DNA of 43,828 nt, taken from positions 1 through 43,828 of the IMG/VR virus record IMGVR_UViG_3300048914_000068. The stretch is one strand, 5' to 3'. The stretch comes from a virus. Both the position numbers and the translations under genes were made by a program. Each line of letters opens with the position of its first letter. Position 1 is the stretch's first letter. This document shows positions 30,855-41,500 of this stretch, piece by piece. The notes beneath the pieces were generated by a model. That model did no database searches. It worked only from the letters and a program-made list of their open reading frames with translations, and was not told the origin of the DNA.

Positions 30855-31494
30855 CACGACGACAGACGCTCCGGCACCCGTCGCAAGTGCGGCTCCCGTG
30901 TCGACGGACACGACACCGGGTTCGCTTTTGACGACGGAGGCATCGGCATCCACCGAGCCCCACGCCGAACCTGCCACTGCGCCCGCGGGTCAGGAAGCCA
31001 CGCAAGAGAAGGACGAGCCGCAAGGTGCTCCCGAGAAGTACGAATTCGCGACACCGGAAGGCGTCAAGTTCGACGAAGGGATCACTGAAAAGCTGTCGGC
31101 GCTCGCCAAAGAAAAGAACCTCTCGCAGGAGGACGCGCAGAAGTTCGCCGACCTCGGGGTGGAAGTCGCGAAGCAAACGCGCGACGCCTACGCCAAGCAG
31201 ATCGAGGAGGTCCAAATGAAGTGGGCCAACGATTCCCGCGTCGACAAGGAGTTCGGCGGCGACAAGCTAGCCGCAAACATGGCGGTCTCGAAGCGCGCGC
31301 TTGAAGCGTTCGGCAGTCCCGAACTCAAGCAAATGCTCAACGAGACTGGGCTTGGCAACCACCCCGAAATCATCCGCGCATTTTTCCGCGTGGGGCAGGC
31401 GATCAGCGAAGACAAGCTTGTGCCGGGGGGTAAAGCACCGAACACCGCGGGGGATGCGCGCTCTTTTTACGGCAATAGCCAGATGAACCCTTAA
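30811..31494 (+). CDS. Scaffolding protein (227 aa)
   Basis: Position between portal and capsid. Low-complexity Ala/Thr/Pro/Glu N-terminus followed by a helical charged body. Confidence 0.65.
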   Translation: MTNETQTAGTSAPASTTTDAPAPVASAAPVSTDTTPGSLLTTEASASTEPHAEPATAPAGQEATQEKDEPQGAPEKYEFATPEGVKFDEGITEKLSALAKEKNLSQEDAQKFADLGVEVAKQTRDAYAKQIEEVQMKWANDSRVDKEFGGDKLAANMAVSKRALEAFGSPELKQMLNETGLGNHPEIIRAFFRVGQAISEDKLVPGGKAPNTAGDARSFYGNSQMNP

Positions 31495-31520
31495 CACCTT
31501 TTCGATAAGGAAAACGAATC

Positions 31521-32519
31521 ATGTCTACATTAGCGACTACCCATCCAACCTTGTTGGATGTGGCGAACCGGCTGGACAAGAACGACAACGTGTTGCAAGT
31601 CGTCGAGATGCTGCATCAAACCAACGAGATTTTGGACGACGCCGTTTGGCTGGAAGCGAACGAGCTGACCGGTCACACTACCAGCGTGCGCACCGGTATC
31701 CCCGAACCGACTTGGCGCAAACTGTACGGCGGTGTGCAACCGACCAAAAGCACCAGCGTGAAAGTGCGCGAGAGCTTAGGCATGCTGGAGAACTACGCCG
31801 AGGTGGACAAGGCGTTGGCTGACTTGAACGGCAACAGCGCGGCATGGCGCATGTCGGAAGAGTCCGCGATCATCGAGGGCTTTGGGCAGAAGCTGGCCCG
31901 CTATATGATCTACGGGAACGAGGCGACCGAACCAGAAGGCTTCACCGGCTTAGCACCGCGGTTCAATGATCAAGCCGCCGTCAACGGGGAGAACATCCTC
32001 ACTTCCGCCGCGACGCCGGACGGTACCGACAACACGTCCTTGTGGGTCGTCGGCTGGGGGCCTAACACCTGCCACATGGTCTATCCAAAAGGATCCAAGG
32101 CTGGGTTGCAAATCCAGGACAAGGGCCAGGTGACGATCGAGAACGTGGACGGTTCGGGCGGTCGCATGGAAGCCTATCGCACCCACTACAAGTGGGACGC
32201 CGGCATGGTGGTGCGCGACTGGCGTTACATCGTGCGCGTTAACTTCGACTTGGAAGACATCGTCGCCTCGGGTGCCACTGGCCCGGTGCTGCGCGACCTC
32301 CTAGCTAAAGCCATGCGCCGCATCCCGAACCTGAACAACTGCCGTCCCGCGATCTACATGAACCGCGACGCGTTGGACGCCTTCGACTTGCAGATGAACC
32401 GCGACCCGCTGTTGCAGTTCAAGACGCAGGAGGAGGCCCAGGGCAAGTTCGTCACCCGCTTCCGCGGCGTGCCGATCCGCCGTGTGGACCAGATCACCAG
32501 CACCGAATCCGGCATCTAA
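31521..32519 (+). CDS. Major capsid protein (332 aa)
   Basis: Size and synteny fit. N-terminus MSTLATTHPTLLDVANRLDKNDNV...LHQTNEILDDAVW resembles BPP-1/epsilon15-type HK97-fold capsid proteins. Confidence 0.85.
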   Translation: MSTLATTHPTLLDVANRLDKNDNVLQVVEMLHQTNEILDDAVWLEANELTGHTTSVRTGIPEPTWRKLYGGVQPTKSTSVKVRESLGMLENYAEVDKALADLNGNSAAWRMSEESAIIEGFGQKLARYMIYGNEATEPEGFTGLAPRFNDQAAVNGENILTSAATPDGTDNTSLWVVGWGPNTCHMVYPKGSKAGLQIQDKGQVTIENVDGSGGRMEAYRTHYKWDAGMVVRDWRYIVRVNFDLEDIVASGATGPVLRDLLAKAMRRIPNLNNCRPAIYMNRDALDAFDLQMNRDPLLQFKTQEEAQGKFVTRFRGVPIRRVDQITSTESGI

Positions 32520-32537
32520 TCTTAGGAGAAGCGAATC

Positions 32538-33023
32538 ATGATACTCGACGAACGCACAGAATTTGCCGACGCCGTATCGGTGGCAGCAGCTGCCGGCACC
32601 GCCCTGATCGGCGACGTAATCGACTTGAACCCGACCACGATCGCGCCGAACACCACGCTCGATCTGGGCGCAAGCGGCATGTATCTCGTGATCCAAACGG
32701 ATACCGAGGTCATCACCGCTGGCGCTGCGGGCACGATCCAGTTCAAGCTGTCCAGCGATGCACAGGCCGCGATCGCGACCGATGGCTCGGCTACTGATCA
32801 CATCATCTCGGCTTCGCTGGTGACCGACGACGCCGCGGCGAACTCGGCGGCACTGAACGCCGGTGGCGTGATCTACGTCGGCAAGCTGCCGCACGGCAGC
32901 TATGAACGTTACCTCGGTATCCTGGCCGTCATCGGCACCACGACCGTGACAGCGGGGAAGATCAACGCCTTCTTGACGCACGACCCCGCCGTCTATCGTG
33001 CCTACGCTGACTACGTCGGTTAA
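32538..33023 (+). CDS. Capsid decoration / cement protein (161 aa; Bbp16-like)
   Basis: MILDERTEFADAVSV...GDVIDL start typical of this family. Immediately follows the capsid gene. Confidence 0.6.
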   Translation: MILDERTEFADAVSVAAAAGTALIGDVIDLNPTTIAPNTTLDLGASGMYLVIQTDTEVITAGAAGTIQFKLSSDAQAAIATDGSATDHIISASLVTDDAAANSAALNAGGVIYVGKLPHGSYERYLGILAVIGTTTVTAGKINAFLTHDPAVYRAYADYVG

Positions 33024-33034
33024 GGAGGTGGAGC

Positions 33035-33304
33035 ATGTCTGACAATAAGACAACTGAATCCATCCTGCTGGTGGCCATCGAACGCGGTTTCCTGCAGGGC
33101 CGCATGGTGGAACCGGGGCAGACCTTCCAGTTCAACCCGGTCGGCGCGGATGGCAAGCCCCGCAAGCTGCCCAAGTGGGCCGCAAAAAAGGGCGACCCCG
33201 TCTTGAACAAGCCGAAGCCGGTGGCGGGGGACTTGAAGCCCAAAGCCGCGCAAGACGCTTCGAAGAAGAAGCGTGATGGGCTGATTGACGATCTAGCGGG
33301 TTAG
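33035..33304 (+). CDS. Small basic head-module protein (89 aa) ending in ...LIDDLAG
   Basis: Track ORF with GGAGGTGGAGC before the ATG; followed by a terminator hairpin. Confidence 0.6.
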   Translation: MSDNKTTESILLVAIERGFLQGRMVEPGQTFQFNPVGADGKPRKLPKWAAKKGDPVLNKPKPVAGDLKPKAAQDASKKKRDGLIDDLAG

Positions 33305-33323
33305 CCCCACCGTAGCACCAATC

Positions 33324-33349
33324 GACGGGGCCTTCGCGCCCCGTCATTT
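33324..33349 (+). terminator. Hairpin GACGGGGC-cttcgc-GCCCCGTC followed by ATTT (partial terminator after the head genes)
   Basis: 8-bp GC-rich stem 20 nt after the stop codon, with only a short T-run. Confidence 0.45.
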
Positions 33350-33363
33350 CATGGAGTCGATCT

Positions 33364-33963
33364 GTGGCTTCAAAAATAGATATTTGGAACACGGCGCTGT
33401 CGCACCTTGGGCATAAGGCGAATATCACCGACCCAGACGAAGTGAGCGCGGAAGCCAACCACTGCCGGCGCTTTTACCCCATCGCGCTGGGCACCACGCT
33501 GGAGCGTTTCGCGTGGTCGTTCGCCATGCGCCGCGTGGCACTGGCCGAAGTAACCAACCCAGTGGACCATTGGATGTTCGCGTATGGCTTACCCAACCCC
33601 TGCGTCGCGGTGCGCGCCGTGCTGCCGCCCGCCTGCACCGACGACACCCAGGAGCAGGAATACGCGATCGAAGCCGATGAGAACAACGACGCGGTGCTGT
33701 ACACCAACCAAGAAGCCGCCGTTCTCAAGTACACCACACGCATTGAGGATACGACGAAGTTTTCTCCGCTGTTCGTCATGGCCGTTTCCGCCGAACTTGC
33801 GGCGCTGCTGGCCGGGCCGATCCCCAAAGACCCGAAGAAGCGGCAAGAGATGCAGCAGCTCGCGATCTACTACATCGGCCTTGCGGAGGCGAACAACGCC
33901 AACAGCGGACAGAGCAGCCGTGCCTACGACAGCTTCACCCCCAGCCACCTGGCGGCGCGATGA
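33364..33963 (+). CDS. Head-tail adaptor / tail tubular protein A (T7 gp11-like), 199 aa, GTG start
   Basis: N-terminus IDIWNTALSHLGHKANITDPDEVSAEANHCRRFY...ERFAWSFA matches the podoviral tubular protein A pattern. GGAG lies 7 nt upstream. Confidence 0.7.
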   Translation: MASKIDIWNTALSHLGHKANITDPDEVSAEANHCRRFYPIALGTTLERFAWSFAMRRVALAEVTNPVDHWMFAYGLPNPCVAVRAVLPPACTDDTQEQEYAIEADENNDAVLYTNQEAAVLKYTTRIEDTTKFSPLFVMAVSAELAALLAGPIPKDPKKRQEMQQLAIYYIGLAEANNANSGQSSRAYDSFTPSHLAAR

Positions 33964-36260
33964 GCATCGTCAAGACCCTATCGCGCTCCTTCGCCTCCGG
34001 AATCATCGGTCCTGAGCTGTTCGGGCGCTTGGACCTAGCGAAGTTCCAAACCGGGCTGGCGGAGGCGCTGAACTTCTGGGTGCTGCCGCACGGCCCCGTG
34101 CAAAACCGGCCGGGATTTGAGTACGTGTTGGAGGTGAAAGACTCAAGCAAGGCCACGCGCGCGGTGCCCTTCTCCTACAGCACCGAGCAGACGTTCGTCA
34201 TCGAGTTCGGAGACCAGTACGTGCGCTTCCATACGCAAGGCGCGACGCTGCTAGAGACTGGGCTGACGATCACCGCCATCTCAAAGGCGAACCCGGGCGT
34301 GCTGACCTATACCGGCACCGACCCCAGCAACGGCGACTGGATGCACCTAGCGGGCATCGGCGGCATGACACAGTTGAACGGGCGTTACGTGAAGGTGGCG
34401 AACGTGAACACCGGGGCTAATACCTTTGAGCTGACCGACATCCATGGCGGCGCCAACATCAACACCAGCGGCTACACCACCTACACCAGCGGCGGCACGG
34501 CGTCGCGGGTCTACACGGTCGCCACCCCCTACCTAGAGGCCGACCTCTTCGATCTACACTTCGTGCAATCTGCGGACGTGCTGACTATCGTGCACCCCAA
34601 CTACGCCCCGCGCGAATTGCGCCGGCTGGGGGCCACGAACTGGCAGTTATCGACGATCGCCTTCGCCCCCACCATCGCCGCTCCTGGCGCGCCATCTCTT
34701 AGCGTGGGGGGCCCGGGCGGTGGGTCGCCGGTGTCGCACACCTACAAAATGACCTCCGTCGCCTCGGAGACGCTGGAGGAGTCGCTTGCCTCGGCGTCCG
34801 CTAGCGCTTCGGTCGACATGAACGTGGCGGGCAACTACATCGCGGTGTCGGTCCCTGCGTTCGTGACGGGCGCGGTGCGCTATAACGTCTATAAGCTGGA
34901 CAACGGACTGTATGGCTATATCGGGCAGACGGACGGCAACGTCTTCATTGATGACAACATCACGCCGGACCTCAGCCAAACCCCGCCGGAAGAGAACACC
35001 CCATTCCTGTCCGCGGGCGATTTCCCCGGCGCCGCCGGCTACCACGAGCAACGCCGCTGTTTCGGGGGCACCAACAACAAGCCGCAGAATTTCTGGGCGA
35101 CCCGCTCGGCCACCGAGAACAATCTTAGCTACTCGATCCCCACCCGCGACGATGACGCTATCGCTTTTCGCATCGCGTCGCGCGAAGCTAACCGCATTCG
35201 GCATATTGTTTCGCTGGACCGGTTGCTGTTACTGACATCGGGCGGGGAATGGCAAGTGGCCCCGCAGAACTCCGACGTGCTGACGCCCACCACTGCCGCA
35301 CCGAAGACCATCGCGACCGAAGGCGCGAGTAACGTCCAGCCCGCAGTCACCTCCGGCTCCGTCATCTACGTGCAAGAGTCAGGCAGCCGCATGCGGGAGA
35401 TGGCTTATTCTTGGGAAGCCAACGGTTACCAGGTCAAAGACATCTCCATCATGGCCCCGGATTTGTTCGACGAGTATGAGATCGTCGATCTCGCCTACGC
35501 CAAAGCGCCCTATAAATTCGTTTGGTGCGTGCGTGACGACGGGCAGTTGCTCAGCATGACGTATCTGCCAGAGCATCAAGTGCTCGCGTGGTGTCACCAC
35601 GATACGTTAGGGCTGTTCGAATCCGTCGCTTGCGTGAAAGAGGGGAAGGAGTACGTCTTATATGCGGTGGTGCGGCGCACGATCAACAGCCGTACGGTGC
35701 GGTACATCGAGCGCTTGCACACCCGCCAGATCAGCGACCCCGCCGATTCCTTCTTTGTCGACGCTGGCGCGACGTACGATGGCAGCGCCACGACAACGAT
35801 CACCGGTTTGTGGCATCTTGAGGGGGAGGAGGTGGCGGTGCTGGCCGACGCCGCAGAGGTAACGGGCGTGACGGTCACCAACGGCGCGATCAGCTTGGAC
35901 TACGAAGCCAGCGTCGTGCACATCGGCTTGCCGATCACGGCCGACCTGCAAACGCTGCCGCTTTCGCTTGAAGCTCAGGCCCTTGGCCAAGGGCTGACCA
36001 AGAACGTCAACGAGGTCTACCTGCGGCTGAAGGATACTTCCGGCATCCGCATCGGCCAGAGCTTCGAAGACGACGACATGGTCGAGATGACGATGCGGTC
36101 GGATGAGCCTTACGGTACGCCACCGGCGCTGATGACGGGGGTAACGCAAGTCACCGTGCTGCCTGAATGGGGGCAGGACGCGCAAGTCTGCATCCGCCAA
36201 ACAGCGCCACTGCCTTGCACGGTGCTGTCGATGACGCTGGAAGTGGCCATCGGGGGGTAA
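33960..36260 (+). CDS. Tail nozzle / tail tubular protein B (T7 gp12-like), 766 aa
   Basis: Size, ATGA coupling to the adaptor gene and position before the internal virion protein genes. Confidence 0.7.
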   Translation: MSIVKTLSRSFASGIIGPELFGRLDLAKFQTGLAEALNFWVLPHGPVQNRPGFEYVLEVKDSSKATRAVPFSYSTEQTFVIEFGDQYVRFHTQGATLLETGLTITAISKANPGVLTYTGTDPSNGDWMHLAGIGGMTQLNGRYVKVANVNTGANTFELTDIHGGANINTSGYTTYTSGGTASRVYTVATPYLEADLFDLHFVQSADVLTIVHPNYAPRELRRLGATNWQLSTIAFAPTIAAPGAPSLSVGGPGGGSPVSHTYKMTSVASETLEESLASASASASVDMNVAGNYIAVSVPAFVTGAVRYNVYKLDNGLYGYIGQTDGNVFIDDNITPDLSQTPPEENTPFLSAGDFPGAAGYHEQRRCFGGTNNKPQNFWATRSATENNLSYSIPTRDDDAIAFRIASREANRIRHIVSLDRLLLLTSGGEWQVAPQNSDVLTPTTAAPKTIATEGASNVQPAVTSGSVIYVQESGSRMREMAYSWEANGYQVKDISIMAPDLFDEYEIVDLAYAKAPYKFVWCVRDDGQLLSMTYLPEHQVLAWCHHDTLGLFESVACVKEGKEYVLYAVVRRTINSRTVRYIERLHTRQISDPADSFFVDAGATYDGSATTTITGLWHLEGEEVAVLADAAEVTGVTVTNGAISLDYEASVVHIGLPITADLQTLPLSLEAQALGQGLTKNVNEVYLRLKDTSGIRIGQSFEDDDMVEMTMRSDEPYGTPPALMTGVTQVTVLPEWGQDAQVCIRQTAPLPCTVLSMTLEVAIGG

Positions 36261-36296
36261 AACCGTGTCCTTGTGGCTGGGGGCCGGCGTTACCCT
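36260..36296 (+). promoter_or_regulatory. Late-operon motif copy L5 (AAACCGTGTCCTTGTGG - 14 nt - TACCCT)
   Basis: 15 of 17 match, beginning with the last base of the nozzle TAA. Lies in the 64-nt gap before ATG 36325. Confidence 0.4.
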
Positions 36297-36324
36297 TGGC
36301 ACTTATCATTCAGGAGGAAGCGGT

Positions 36325-36870
36325 ATGTCCGGGGCAATGAGCGCGGGGACGATGGGCTCGATCATGATGGGGATGCAGGTTGCCGGGGCTGTCACGAGCG
36401 CGCAGGGCGCCGCACAGCAATCGCAGGCGACCAAGGCCGCATACGAATACCAGTCGGCTGTCAGCAGCAACAATGCGCAGCTCGCGCAATGGCAAGCGCA
36501 AGATGCCTTGCAGCGCGGCGCGCAGGCCGAGCAGCAGCAACGGCTGAAGACGGCGCAATTGAAGGGCAGTCAGCGCGCACGCCTCGCCGCGAACGGGGTC
36601 GCGTTGGACGAGGGCTCGGCGCTGAACGTGTTGCAGGATACCGACTACATGGGCGGGCAAGACGCGATGACCATCCGCGACAACGCGGCGCGCGAAGCCT
36701 GGGGGTACCGTACCCAGGCCGGCAACTACGCAAGCGATGCCAGCATGCTGCAATCCCGCGCCGATGCGGAAGACCCCGATCGGGCCATGTTCGGCTCCCT
36801 GCTGGGCAGCGCCGGCTCTGTGGCGAGTAGTTGGTACAAACGGAAAACAACGACGACGTCAGGGGGCTGA
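36325..36870 (+). CDS. Internal virion protein A (T7 gp14 position), 181 aa
   Basis: ATG 36325 preceded by CAGGAGGAAGCGGT. Gly/Met/Ala-rich hydrophobic N-terminus and Gln/Ala-rich helical body. Confidence 0.6.
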   Translation: MSGAMSAGTMGSIMMGMQVAGAVTSAQGAAQQSQATKAAYEYQSAVSSNNAQLAQWQAQDALQRGAQAEQQQRLKTAQLKGSQRARLAANGVALDEGSALNVLQDTDYMGGQDAMTIRDNAAREAWGYRTQAGNYASDASMLQSRADAEDPDRAMFGSLLGSAGSVASSWYKRKTTTTSGG

Positions 36871-36873
36871 CCG

Positions 36874-38535
36874 GTGCCGAAGATCCCTACCTATAGCGCC
36901 CCGCAGGTTGAGGAGCGCGCGCTGCCTGGCGCGCGACAATCCTCGGTCGCGTCGCCTTCGCTGTTCGGCGCCGAAGCCGAGCAGACCACGCAGACCGGCA
37001 AGAGCCTGATGAACGCGGGCTCGCAGCTCGGCGACATCGCCGTGAAGATGCAGGAGCGCGAGAATGCGGACATGGTGTTCCGCGCAGAGACGGCGCTTAA
37101 GGACGATTATCTTAAATTCGAAGAGCAGACCCGCAGCCGCAAAGGCGTCAACGCATGGGGCGTGCTGCCGGACACGCAACAATGGTTTGCCGACCAGGAA
37201 AAGAAGCACAGCGAATTACTCCAAAATGACGCGCAGCGCTACCACTTCGGTAAGACCTTTGTTCGTTTGCGCCAAACCGCCGAGGGCCAGGCCGCGCAAT
37301 ACGAGGTCAACGAACGCCGCCATTCGCAAGAAGAAGCGGGCAGGGCCTCGATCGCCAGTACGACAAGCCTAGCTGCGGCCTCCGCCGATAGCGTGATCGC
37401 CGCCGCGCGCTCGGGCGATGACACGGTCAACCCCATCGGCGGGCTTAAGCTGGATGTTTTGCAAAAGATCCATGACCTTTCCCGGCTAGGCGGCTGGACC
37501 CCGGAGCGTCGGCAGTTCGAGGAGTCGCAACACCTCACCAACTTTCACAAGCAAGTGATACAGAACATGGTGGACAAAGACCCCGCCATCGCGAAACGGT
37601 ACTTCGAGACAAATAAGGGTGAGATCAACGGCGGCGAATATGATTCGATTAACCGCGTACTGCAGGTTGGCGAGACCAAGCAAGCCGGATTTGAATTCGC
37701 CAACCGTCAAGACATCCGCGAGCTGAACACGGTCGAGCAGCGTATCGCGGCGGCGCGCGACTTTTTCAAAGACGAACCGGCCAAGCGCGAATCCGCAATC
37801 GCCGAACTGAAGCTGCGCGAGAACGAGCGCATCCAGTTCCGGGAGCGCGGGCAGAAGGACGCCGCTGACCAGGCGTGGCGGACCTACGCACAGTCCGGCG
37901 ACCTGAAGGACATCCCTTCCACCACCATCGCCGCCATGGACGGCAAGGATCTCGAAGCATTGCGTAAGCACGCTGAGCTTAAGCTAAATGGGACGGCTGT
38001 TAGAACTGATCCCGTTGCGTGGCTTGATGTCCGGGATCGTATCTTGGCTGGCGAGCAAGTAGACTTGCGCAAGCACATCAACGAAATCGCTGTCGGCGAT
38101 ATCAAGGAGCTTGAAAAACTGCAAACCAAGGACGCCGACATTCGGGACGCCGCAACCTTGTCCCAACAACTCGGCAACACTCACGACCTGATGAAGTGGG
38201 GCGGCGGCGACAAGGCGAAGAAAGGCATGTTCGACAAGGCGGCTACGGACGCGATCAATATCGAGCAGCAGCGCCTCGGCAAAAAGCTCAACTACGAACA
38301 GCGCCAGCAGATAATCGACAAGATGCTCATTCAAGGCAAGGTGGACGGCTCGGGCTGGTTCAGTGACAGCAAAACATACTACGAGGTAGCGGGCACCCGG
38401 GATGCTGCGAAGTTCGAACCGAAGCCGAGCAAAGAAGATAAGCAGGCCATCGTCGAGCGTTATACGCGGAGGAATGGCGCGCCCCCGAACGATGCGCAGA
38501 TCAGCGCAATCTACAAAACATGGAAGGGGTTCTGA
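36874..38535 (+). CDS. Internal virion protein B (T7 gp15 position), 553 aa, GTG start
   Basis: MPKIPTYSAPQV start typical of podoviral core proteins. Long helical charged sequence. Confidence 0.55.
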   Translation: MPKIPTYSAPQVEERALPGARQSSVASPSLFGAEAEQTTQTGKSLMNAGSQLGDIAVKMQERENADMVFRAETALKDDYLKFEEQTRSRKGVNAWGVLPDTQQWFADQEKKHSELLQNDAQRYHFGKTFVRLRQTAEGQAAQYEVNERRHSQEEAGRASIASTTSLAAASADSVIAAARSGDDTVNPIGGLKLDVLQKIHDLSRLGGWTPERRQFEESQHLTNFHKQVIQNMVDKDPAIAKRYFETNKGEINGGEYDSINRVLQVGETKQAGFEFANRQDIRELNTVEQRIAAARDFFKDEPAKRESAIAELKLRENERIQFRERGQKDAADQAWRTYAQSGDLKDIPSTTIAAMDGKDLEALRKHAELKLNGTAVRTDPVAWLDVRDRILAGEQVDLRKHINEIAVGDIKELEKLQTKDADIRDAATLSQQLGNTHDLMKWGGGDKAKKGMFDKAATDAINIEQQRLGKKLNYEQRQQIIDKMLIQGKVDGSGWFSDSKTYYEVAGTRDAAKFEPKPSKEDKQAIVERYTRRNGAPPNDAQISAIYKTWKGF

Positions 38536-41500
38536 TTGCCTACCCTAGACGAAGCCATTGACGGCACACCCCCGTTGGACGCCGCGATCACCGGCGTGGC
38601 GGACGACAAGCGGCGCCAGTCCCTGTATGGCGCGGTGCGGCAGAACCCGGACGAGTACGGCCGCGCGGTGCAGTTGGCCCGCGCCACCGGAGTGCCCGCG
38701 CCCGTGGTGGCGCGCAACCTACCGGACGTGGAGCAGCGCGCCAAATTCGATGCGCTCGACGCCGCAGTCGATCGGGGCTCCGCGCTCGCGGTGAAGTTGG
38801 AGAGCCAAGACTTCGCCGCCCTCAGTCACGATGACATCGCCAGCCTTAAGGACATCGAGCGCACGTTGAACCGCCGCAGTGCGGGCAAGATCGACGGCCC
38901 GGCCTTCGTGCGCAAGCCGGTCGCAATGGCGTTTAGCGGGCCAGACGCCACGGCTTCTAGCGTGGTCTCTGGTTTGTTGCGGTCTGTCCCGCAAGGCGGG
39001 GAAGCGACGCGGCAAGGACTTCGGCTCCAGTTCGCGGACTTGATCGGGGCGGGGGCAATGCGCGAGGATGCGCTGCAAAAGTACCAGCAGAACCAATTCG
39101 AGAGTGCGCTGTCGACCCCGGAGTTTGACTCGGCCACTGCGCGTGGGGTGTACAGCGGGGGCGTCAGCCTCCTGCGCAACCTACCCGGCATGGCAGCGTC
39201 CATCGCCACCGGCAACCCCGCTCCCGCACTCGCCACCATAGGTGCCCAAACCGAAGCCGATGCCTACGGCAAGTACCGCGCTCGTGGTGCCACGCCGGGC
39301 ATGGCTCTGCTCGGCGCGACGGGCGAAGGGGCAACCGAAGTCGGCACCGAAATGCTGCCGATGGGATTCCTCGTGAAGAACATGGGCAAGGTGGGCACCG
39401 GTCAGTTCCTTTCGGGGCTACTTGCACGTGAGATTCCAAGTGAGCAAATCGCCACGCTCGTGCAAGACGCGGTCGACACCGCCGTCGCCAACCCCGACAA
39501 GACATGGGGCCAGTACCTCAAGGAACGGCCAGGCGCGGCGTATGAAACGCTGGTGGCTACCTTAACCCAAGCGGGGGCGATGGAAGGCGCACATGTCGCA
39601 ATGAGCCGTCTTTCGGGCACTCAGCAACAAGCCAATCAAGCGTTGCAAGACGCCGCCGCGATTGACCACTTGACGAAGCTGTCCACCGCCTCCAAGGTGC
39701 GCCCGCGCGACATGCAGAGCTTCGAAGACTTCGTGCAGTCGGCAAGCGAAGGCGGACCGGTAGAGAACATCCACATTGACACTCGGGCGTTGCAGCAGTC
39801 CGGCATCCCGCCGGAAACGCTAGCCACCTTGTCACCGACCGCCGCCGCGCAGATGCAGGAGGCAATTGCCACCGGTGGCGATCTCGTGATTCCGATAGGC
39901 GAGTACGCCGGCCGCATTGCCGGCACAGAACTCGACTCGGTGCTGGCGCCCCACTTGCGCACCAGCGAGGACGCGTTAAGCTTGGACGAAGCGCAGAAGT
40001 ATTTCCAGACGCAAGGGGAGCAGTTCCGCGCGGAAGCAGCTCGGATCATGGAAGAGAAGTCCAGCGATGACGCGTTCCAGGCCTCGGCCAAGGCGGTCGA
40101 GGGGAATCTTTTCGCGCAGCTGAAGCAAGCCGGACGGTTCACGGACGACGTGAACACGGCATACGCCACGCTGATGCGCGACTTCTACGTCACCACCGCC
40201 TCGCGTCTCGGCCTCACGCCCGAGGAAATGTTCAGCCGCTACCCGCTGCAAGTGCGTGCGGAAAGCGTGGCGGCGGAACAGCGGATGGGGCAGGGGGATA
40301 CCACACCGGTTTCGGCTGACCGCGTCGCACTGGCACTTGATGAGACGCGGTGGCTCGACCGTGGGCTAAAGATCGGCAAGGCGACAAAGCTCTACCGAGG
40401 CGTGTCAGACCGCACAGGTAAGAACACCGCCAACTTCGGACGCGGGCTGTACGTCACCACTGATAAAAGCGAAGCGGCCCAATATGGCGATGTGAAGGGG
40501 ATGCCACTGACCGATCTTCCGCAGAACCCCTTGCGATTTGCGGATGAAGGCAAGTTCCGTGAGTGGGAATCGTTCGTCGCGCGGGAGGTGTTCGGGCATC
40601 AGCGTATGGCCGACTTCGAGGCGGCGAGGGGCATCCCCGATGAATGGGTGCGGCTTCTCGACCCTGCGGTCGACGGTATCCAAATCGGAACCGGTAAGGG
40701 TGCATTCTTCGTCAGATTCCCTGATGTATCAAAAGCTGCAACTTCGTCCTATACTGGTGGCAACACGTTAAGCCAAGGTGGACAGAATGGAACTGGAACT
40801 GATCGACCCGGCGTACAAGCCGAGCAAGAGCCTCGCACAGTTGGCGGCGGAACACCCCGAGTGGACTGGACTGAACAAACTCGCATCCGAACCAAAAGCG
40901 GAAAACCCGCAACCGTCTACCGCGGAGCAAGCCGCCCCCTCGGAACCGCAGACTTCAACGCCGGATCTCTCGGTCATGCAACGGGTAATCCAAGCAGTGG
41001 CCTCGGTGTTTGGTTCAGCCTCGACCGAGAAGACGCCGCCGGATACGGCTCCGTAACCGAGGGCTTTCAGCTCGACATCCGTAAGCCGAAGGTCTACCGG
41101 GATTCCGACATTCCCGGCTTCGACACACCGCAGGAAGCGCAAGCGTTTGCGCGCGAACTCCAATCCCAAGGCTATGACGGCATCGCGATCGATTACCGTG
41201 GTTTAGGTGGCCCGCTGCACCTTGTCGCCTTCACACCCGAGACGGTCATCCAGCCAGCCGCACCTAAGCCGCTCGATATGTCGCAGTTCTTCCAAGGTGA
41301 ACACGCGAGCACGACACCGCAGACAGAAACCGAAGCATTTAAAAAATGGTTTGGCGATAGCAAAGTCGTTGACGAAAACGGCAAGCCGTTGGTGGTTTAT
41401 CACGGGGGTAATGAAAAGATAGCAGCCATCGAGGAGGGCAAAGGGAAGTTCGGTGGCATCTTTGTGCGCCTTGGGAAGTCATCGGGGTATGGGAGAGTCG

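Noticed and set aside
36265-36324. GTG 36265 as the start of the internal virion protein A gene (track ORF 36265..36870).
   Set aside because: The first 20 codons coincide with late motif L5. ATG 36325 has a strong CAGGAGGAAG box at proper spacing, so the shorter form was chosen.
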